The position numbers and the translations under genes were made by a program. Under the pieces are notes generated by a model. It was not told the origin of the DNA and did no database searches. It saw only the letters and a list, made by a program, of their open reading frames with translations. Positions 58,928 through 64,000 of a stretch of 64,000 nucleotides of DNA are shown here, one piece after another. Numbering within the stretch: position 1 is the first letter of the stretch; each line of letters opens with the position of its first letter. The stretch is taken from contig CALLML010000029.1 of assembly GCA_938005705.1 (NCBI GenBank), forward strand, positions 5,705 to 69,704. Direction: 5' to 3'. This DNA comes from an uncultured bacterium (lineage in GTDB: Bacteria > Verrucomicrobiota > Kiritimatiellia > PWTM01).

Positions 58928-60337
58928 TCAACCCCGTGTGATTTTATTCTCGAGACATTCGATCATCTCACGGAAGGAAGCGTCGTTTTTTATCCGCCGT
59001 TCAACGATGTTACAGGCGTGGATAACGGTAGCATGGTTACGGCCAAAGGCCTCGCCGATGGACGGAAGAGACCGATGGGTCAGACGTCGGCACAGGTACA
59101 TGGCGATCTGACGTGGAAAGGCGATGGATTGAGGCCGACGTTTGCTCGTCATGTCCGCCAACCGCAGGTCGTAGGCTTCAGCGACTATGCGCTGAATCGC
59201 TTCCAGGGAAGGGGCGCGCCGAACGGGATCAACGCTGTCGCGCAACAGGCGGCCAGCCATTTCCACGGTTGGGGATTGACGAAGAAGAGAGGCATACGAA
59301 ATAACGCGCGTTAGCGCGCCTTCCAGACGGCGCATGTCTGTTTGGATGTTCTCGGCAATATAGAGAAGAACGTCATTGGGGATTGTGAGCTGCATAGCCT
59401 CGATCTTTTTTCGCAGGATGGCCACGCGCGTCTCCAGATCCGGAGGCGATAGCTCGGTTACAAGGCCCCAGCCAAAACGTGAAACCAGGCGTGGTTCGAG
59501 CCCTTCTATTTCCGCGATGGGACGATCACAAGTTAGGACAATTTGTTTGCGGCTGTAAAAGAGGGCGTTGAAGGTATGGAAAAATTCCTCCTGAACGCCT
59601 CGCTTTCCCGCCAGGAAATGGACGTCGTCGAGCAGCAATATGTCGACACTCCGATATTTTTTTCGAAATTCAGCTGGCCGGTTGTTCTGAAGAAACTCAA
59701 TGTATTCGTTGAGGAACGACTCGGCAGAGAGGTAACACACCTGAGCCGACTTGATGGCGTGAAAGACCTGGTGACCGATGGCCTGGATGAGATGCGTTTT
59801 TCCCAGTCCTGGCCCTCCGTAGATCAACAAGGGGTTGTATGCACAAGCTGGCTTTTGAGCGACCGCCAGACAAGCCGCATGAGCAAACGAATTCGAGGGC
59901 CCGACAACGAAGGCATCGAATGTGAATGATGGACAAAGGGTTGGTGTCGGGCGTGGTTCGACGCGTCGCCGAGAAGACGTTACGTGCTCGGCAGGCTCCA
60001 CGGGCGATGCCACGAGGGGTTCGACGGCCACGGTGTCGGAAACGCGGAAAACTACGTCCATAATGTCCGTGGTCTCTTCGGCGATGATTTTCCGAATGAG
60101 AGGAAGATAATTCTCCGTCAGCCAAAGAACATAGAAATCGTTCGCGACATTGAGCGTAAGTCTGTTTCCCTCTATCGCACCAGGCTGGATAATGGATATC
60201 CACCGGTCAAAAACATCCTGAGCTACCGCCCCGCGCAAACGCTCGCGCACCTTTTTCCACACACACTCGGCAGACTCATGTTCGGCCATACTAATCTCTC
60301 TCGATTTTTCAAAAAAGACAAGGGGTTTTATCAACAA
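58928..60337 (-). CDS. dnaA: Chromosomal replication initiator DnaA
   Basis: AAA+ Walker A GGPGLGKTHL. VDILLLDDVHFL. C-terminal DNA-binding helix region. Start either at 60337 or at M17 (MAEHESAE). Confidence 0.9.
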   Translation of the reverse strand: MLIKPLVFFEKSREISMAEHESAECVWKKVRERLRGAVAQDVFDRWISIIQPGAIEGNRLTLNVANDFYVLWLTENYLPLIRKIIAEETTDIMDVVFRVSDTVAVEPLVASPVEPAEHVTSSRRRVEPRPTPTLCPSFTFDAFVVGPSNSFAHAACLAVAQKPACAYNPLLIYGGPGLGKTHLIQAIGHQVFHAIKSAQVCYLSAESFLNEYIEFLQNNRPAEFRKKYRSVDILLLDDVHFLAGKRGVQEEFFHTFNALFYSRKQIVLTCDRPIAEIEGLEPRLVSRFGWGLVTELSPPDLETRVAILRKKIEAMQLTIPNDVLLYIAENIQTDMRRLEGALTRVISYASLLRQSPTVEMAGRLLRDSVDPVRRAPSLEAIQRIVAEAYDLRLADMTSKRRPQSIAFPRQIAMYLCRRLTHRSLPSIGEAFGRNHATVIHACNIVERRIKNDASFREMIECLENKITRG

Positions 60338-60613
60338 CTTATTAACACCCCCACCCTTCCTCCGCGCGCGGCACGTGGCGATTTTATGAGGGAAAGGTTA
60401 GGCTCGCAACGCGAAAAGAGCGTTGACGTATAACCTGAACGAGGGCATCAAGGGGTTGTTGCTATCAGTGGAAAAGGCAACGATATATTGAATAGCGTCC
60501 AATTTATTTGAAAAATATTTGCCTAAAAACCGTATTATTCGGTGAAGCGAAAGGTTTGAATGAACGCCAAGTACCCCCGAATGTAGGATGCTTGAGAAGC
60601 GCGAAAAAAGGAT

Positions 60614-61738
60614 GTGAGACGCATGAAATTGACAGCCCCCCGCCTGATGATTGGGCCGCCAGCGGACACCGCTGACATCCGATATCTGTCTGGTTTCTCA
60701 GCAGTGGATGCGATGATTCTACTCGATGGGCCGGCGGGCCGGATTCTCGTGGTGCCGGACCTTGAGGTGGGTCGCGCGCGTGCCGAATCGAAAGGCGTTC
60801 GGGTGTTCGGTTTTTCCGAAATAGCCGCGGGTCAGCGTAAGTCTCTTTTTGAGACGGTGAGTCTTTTGCTCCATGCAAAGAGAGTTCGCCGGGTAATGGT
60901 GTCCCCTTGGTTTCCCGTAGGCGCCGCTCGTTTTCTTCAGGAACACGGTGTTCACGTGGATATAACAGCGGGTCCTCTGGTGCCTGAAAGGATGGTGAAG
61001 AAAAAAAATGAAATCGGCCGTCTGATCGAAGTGCAACGAGTCGCTGTGCGTGCAATGAAGCGCGCTATCGAGCAAATACGCGCGGCGGAGATCGGGCCGG
61101 ACGGCACCTTGAGAAAGGGGCGTCGGCCCCTCTATTCCGAGGATGTCCGGGATGAAATTGAACACACCGCGTCGAAGTATGGCTGTCAATGCACGGAGAC
61201 CATCGTGGCTGGCGGAAAACAGGCGGTCAACCCTCATGAACGGGGAAGCGGACCGCTGCGGGCTGGCGAAGCGATCGTTCTCGATATTTTTCCCCGACAC
61301 CAAAAGAGTGGGTATTGGGGCGATCTGACGAGGACCGTTGTACGAGGCCGCCCCTCGGAGGCGCTTCGGCAGATGCACCGCGCGGTGCGCCGCGCCCAGC
61401 AGGCGGCGCTGGCATGCATTCGGCATGGCGCCGAGGCGGCCGAACCGGATCGAGCGGCGCGGCGTACTTTTGAGGCCTTGGGATTTGTGACGAAACGCGA
61501 GGCCGGAAAATCCGAAGGTTTTATTCATGGAACGGGACACGGACTGGGTCTCGAAATCCATGAGATGCCGTCGCTCCGTGAGGGAGGAGGAACATTACAC
61601 GCCGGACATATCGTGACGGTAGAACCTGGCCTGTATTATCCGAACATCGGCGGCGTGCGCATTGAGGATGTTGTACGCGTGACGCTCAACGGATATTGGC
61701 TGTTTCCTGCTCCCCCCAGACGGTTTGAGCTCGCTTGA
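60614..61738 (+). CDS. M24-family metallopeptidase (Xaa-Pro aminopeptidase / creatinase-like)
   Basis: HGTGHGLGLEIHEMP metal-binding signature and pita-bread fold motifs. Confidence 0.75.
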   Translation: MRRMKLTAPRLMIGPPADTADIRYLSGFSAVDAMILLDGPAGRILVVPDLEVGRARAESKGVRVFGFSEIAAGQRKSLFETVSLLLHAKRVRRVMVSPWFPVGAARFLQEHGVHVDITAGPLVPERMVKKKNEIGRLIEVQRVAVRAMKRAIEQIRAAEIGPDGTLRKGRRPLYSEDVRDEIEHTASKYGCQCTETIVAGGKQAVNPHERGSGPLRAGEAIVLDIFPRHQKSGYWGDLTRTVVRGRPSEALRQMHRAVRRAQQAALACIRHGAEAAEPDRAARRTFEALGFVTKREAGKSEGFIHGTGHGLGLEIHEMPSLREGGGTLHAGHIVTVEPGLYYPNIGGVRIEDVVRVTLNGYWLFPAPPRRFELA

Positions 61739-61759
61739 AGAGAGGATTGAATAGCCGCG

Positions 61760-62578
61760 ATGATGACCATAATAGCCATATTAGCCGTAGGGGTCCTCGC
61801 GTGGCTGGCGTGGTGGTGGTTTGAGTGGAGCCAGGTCTATCATCCTCGAGCTAATATTCAAACAACGCCAAGATCGGTCGGACTGGATTACGAGGAAGTA
61901 GTATTTGTGGCTGAAGATGGGGTTCGATTGAGCGGGTGGTGGATTTCCGCCCCTCAAGCGCGGGGGGCTCTGATCTACTGCCATGGGAACGGCGAAAATA
62001 TAGGTGACTTGACGTCTCTGCTCGTGGATTTGGCGAGGTGCGGTTTGAATGTTTTTCTCTTCGATTATCGCGGATATGGTCGCAGCCGAGGATGGCCTAC
62101 GGAACGGGGAACTTACCGCGACGCTCGTGCGGCTTTCGAGTACGTGCGGGCCCGCTATAACGACATGGAAAGTCCTCCGGTAATCGCTCTCGGCCGATCG
62201 CTAGGTGGGGCGGTGGCCGCGCAGCTGGCTCTCGACAAACCGCTGCGTGGTCTGATCCTCGAGTCCACGTTCGCCTCGATTCAAGCCGTGGGCCGTTTGC
62301 TCTATCCGCATCTTCCAATCCAATGGTTATGTCATTATCGGTACGACACGCTGTCCAAAATGCCTCGCATCCAGATCCCGGTCTTGATCGCACACAGCTC
62401 GGAAGATGGACTAATCCCGATTGCTCAAGCTCGGGCCCTCTATGATGCGGCACCCGGACCGAAGCGATTCGTCCAGTTATCCGGTCGTCACAATGAAGCC
62501 GGATGGTTTCGAACGCCGGCGTATCTGGATGCGTTGCGGTCTTTTTTCCATCATGCGCTCTCCACGCCCGCGCCGTGA
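61760..62578 (+). CDS. Alpha/beta hydrolase
   Basis: N-terminal transmembrane anchor. HGNGENIG oxyanion-hole region. Nucleophile elbow GRSLGG. Conserved His near the C terminus. Confidence 0.7.
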   Translation: MMTIIAILAVGVLAWLAWWWFEWSQVYHPRANIQTTPRSVGLDYEEVVFVAEDGVRLSGWWISAPQARGALIYCHGNGENIGDLTSLLVDLARCGLNVFLFDYRGYGRSRGWPTERGTYRDARAAFEYVRARYNDMESPPVIALGRSLGGAVAAQLALDKPLRGLILESTFASIQAVGRLLYPHLPIQWLCHYRYDTLSKMPRIQIPVLIAHSSEDGLIPIAQARALYDAAPGPKRFVQLSGRHNEAGWFRTPAYLDALRSFFHHALSTPAP

Positions 62579-62579
62579 T

Positions 62580-63647
62580 CTAGGGGTTGACGGGAATCCA
62601 ACGCCCTTCTCGATGGGAGCGATAGATGGCCAGCACTAGGTCCACGGCCTCACGTGCAGCCCGTGCGGGGATGAACGGTGGGCGGTGTTCGCGGATAGCG
62701 GCGATAAAATCAGCGATCTGCGTGGGGTGGCTGGGTCCATAGTAATCCTTTCCGGCAGTACGGCCGGCAGGCTCCTGCGCGCAAGACTGCAGACCATCAG
62801 TCACGCGGCGCGTGGTTTCCTCATCCGCGAAGGATGCGCGTAAGAGTTTACCATTGCGCAGCTCTAGGGAGCCTGCGGACCCGTAAATAAAGAACGAAGG
62901 GTCCCAATGCAGATGGCTGGAGCTGGTGGCGGTCATAGAACCGAGGGCGCCGTTGCGAAAACGGACGGCGGCGACCGCCGTGTCCTCAGTCTCAATGGTC
63001 GCACCGTGCGTGAGGTTGGCAAACGCTGCGCCGACCGCGATAATGCCGCCCGTGATCCAGTGCAGGAGGTCAAGAAAATGAATGGCCTGATTGATCATCA
63101 CTGACCCCCCCTCGCGTTCCCAGGTGCCGCGCCAGCGGTCCGCTCGATAATAGTCGTCTGTTCGGAGGCACAGGACCTTGCAGCTCGCCACTAGCAGCGT
63201 GCCTAACGTTCCGTCTTCAATCAGGCGTTTGACGAATTGATACATGCGATCAAACCGATGTTGAAAAACGCCGGCGAATACAAGATCCGGGTGGCGATCG
63301 CCGGCGGCGATCATTTGATCCAGGCCTTCCTTCGTGGACGCCAGGGCCTTTTCGCACAAGACATGTTTCCCCGCATCAAGGGCGGCAACGGCAATTTCGG
63401 CATGGCTGGCGTGATCTGTGCAGATAGACACGGCATGGAGATGAGGATCATCCAACAGATGGCGATAATCCGTTGACACACGGGTGATACCGAATCGCGA
63501 CGCCAGCGCGCGCGCCTTGGACTCGACCAGATCGCAGGCCCACGTGAGATGGACGCCTGGAAGGCGTCGGTATGCGTCCGCATGAGAAGGCGCGATCACG
63601 CCGCAGCCGATAATGCCGATATTTAAGTCAGGAATCGTGTGGGACAT
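62580..63647 (-). CDS. Gfo/Idh/MocA-family NAD(P)-dependent oxidoreductase
   Basis: LNIGIIGCGVIAPSHA Rossmann motif. Family-typical EKAL region. Confidence 0.75.
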   Translation of the reverse strand: MSHTIPDLNIGIIGCGVIAPSHADAYRRLPGVHLTWACDLVESKARALASRFGITRVSTDYRHLLDDPHLHAVSICTDHASHAEIAVAALDAGKHVLCEKALASTKEGLDQMIAAGDRHPDLVFAGVFQHRFDRMYQFVKRLIEDGTLGTLLVASCKVLCLRTDDYYRADRWRGTWEREGGSVMINQAIHFLDLLHWITGGIIAVGAAFANLTHGATIETEDTAVAAVRFRNGALGSMTATSSSHLHWDPSFFIYGSAGSLELRNGKLLRASFADEETTRRVTDGLQSCAQEPAGRTAGKDYYGPSHPTQIADFIAAIREHRPPFIPARAAREAVDLVLAIYRSHREGRWIPVNP

Positions 63648-63733
63648 CGTTGATACTCCTTTTTAGCAGAGAGGCCTGAGGGGGTGGGTAAGAGGAATCA
63701 GCGCTTTTGAACGAGCCGACATTGCGAGTGGGA

Positions 63734-64000
63734 TCATTTCAACTGGTATTTCTCCTCCAATTCGCGCGAGAGGCGCTCCATCCATCGCTGGAGCTCGGCC
63801 ATAGTCGGTTCGTGCGTTTTTTCCATACTCTTCCGCATCAGTTCCGGCATTCGATCGAGTAGCTTCCGCCCGAGCCGGGTCCGATTGAACGCGATCAGCT
63901 CTCGGATTTCCCCTTCGGAGAAAGGCTCCGTATAAACGTCTCCGAAAAGGGGCAGTCCGTACGCGGACTCCTTTCTCGTCCGGTCGCCTCGCAATGAAAC
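63734..64000 (-). CDS. Partial CDS, C-terminal end only (gene continues beyond the window). Unknown function.
   Basis: Open frame from the window edge to a stop at 63734. No motif recognised. Confidence 0.3.
   Translation of the reverse strand, partial: VSLRGDRTRKESAYGLPLFGDVYTEPFSEGEIRELIAFNRTRLGRKLLDRMPELMRKSMEKTHEPTMAELQRWMERLSRELEEKYQLK

Noticed and set aside
1-64000. CRISPR arrays, transposases, integrases, phage genes, toxin-antitoxin pairs
   Set aside because: I looked for regularly spaced direct repeats and for DDE, tyrosine-recombinase or HNH motifs in all ORFs of at least 60 aa. None found. The only repetitive DNA is the three-copy non-coding element reported above.

Overview
High-GC (roughly 65-70%) bacterial chromosomal window, dense with housekeeping genes. 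It carries the replication-initiation neighbourhood dnaA and dnaN at about 57.5-60.3 kb, with mnmG and mnmE about 40 kb away at 15.9-19.1 kb. Other confident calls are priA, purB, nadA, nadD-rsfS-icd, the heptose genes rfaE2 and hldD, glgP, pyrC, msrA and a Dus family dihydrouridine synthase. There are three tRNAs (Tyr-GTA, Met-CAT, Gln-CTG), two PEP-CTERM surface proteins and a type II secretion style pseudopilin. This set of traits points to a PVC-type organism (Verrucomicrobia/Planctomycetes-like), but that is a guess. I found no transposases, integrases or CRISPR arrays. Many ORF-track starts are over-extended at the 5' end in this GC-rich DNA. I corrected several by reading the ATG or GTG directly. 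The most unusual observations are these. (1) A three-copy family of roughly 0.35-0.6 kb non-coding structured repeats, each in the same orientation upstream of an unrelated gene. One copy carries a perfect 14-bp hairpin. (2) A PqqD-family (RiPP recognition element like) chaperone gene sitting downstream of two unrecognisable ORFs that start 8 nt after a GH1 beta-glucosidase. (3) An 18-bp near-palindrome, TTTCCAAGCCTTGGAAAA, present twice upstream of plus-strand genes. (4) A candidate oriC in the AT-rich dnaA-dnaN spacer. (5) Markedly lower GC in the mnmG-mnmE and dnaN-dnaA blocks than in the flanking genes. All protein calls rest on motifs I recognise in the translations. No database search was possible.
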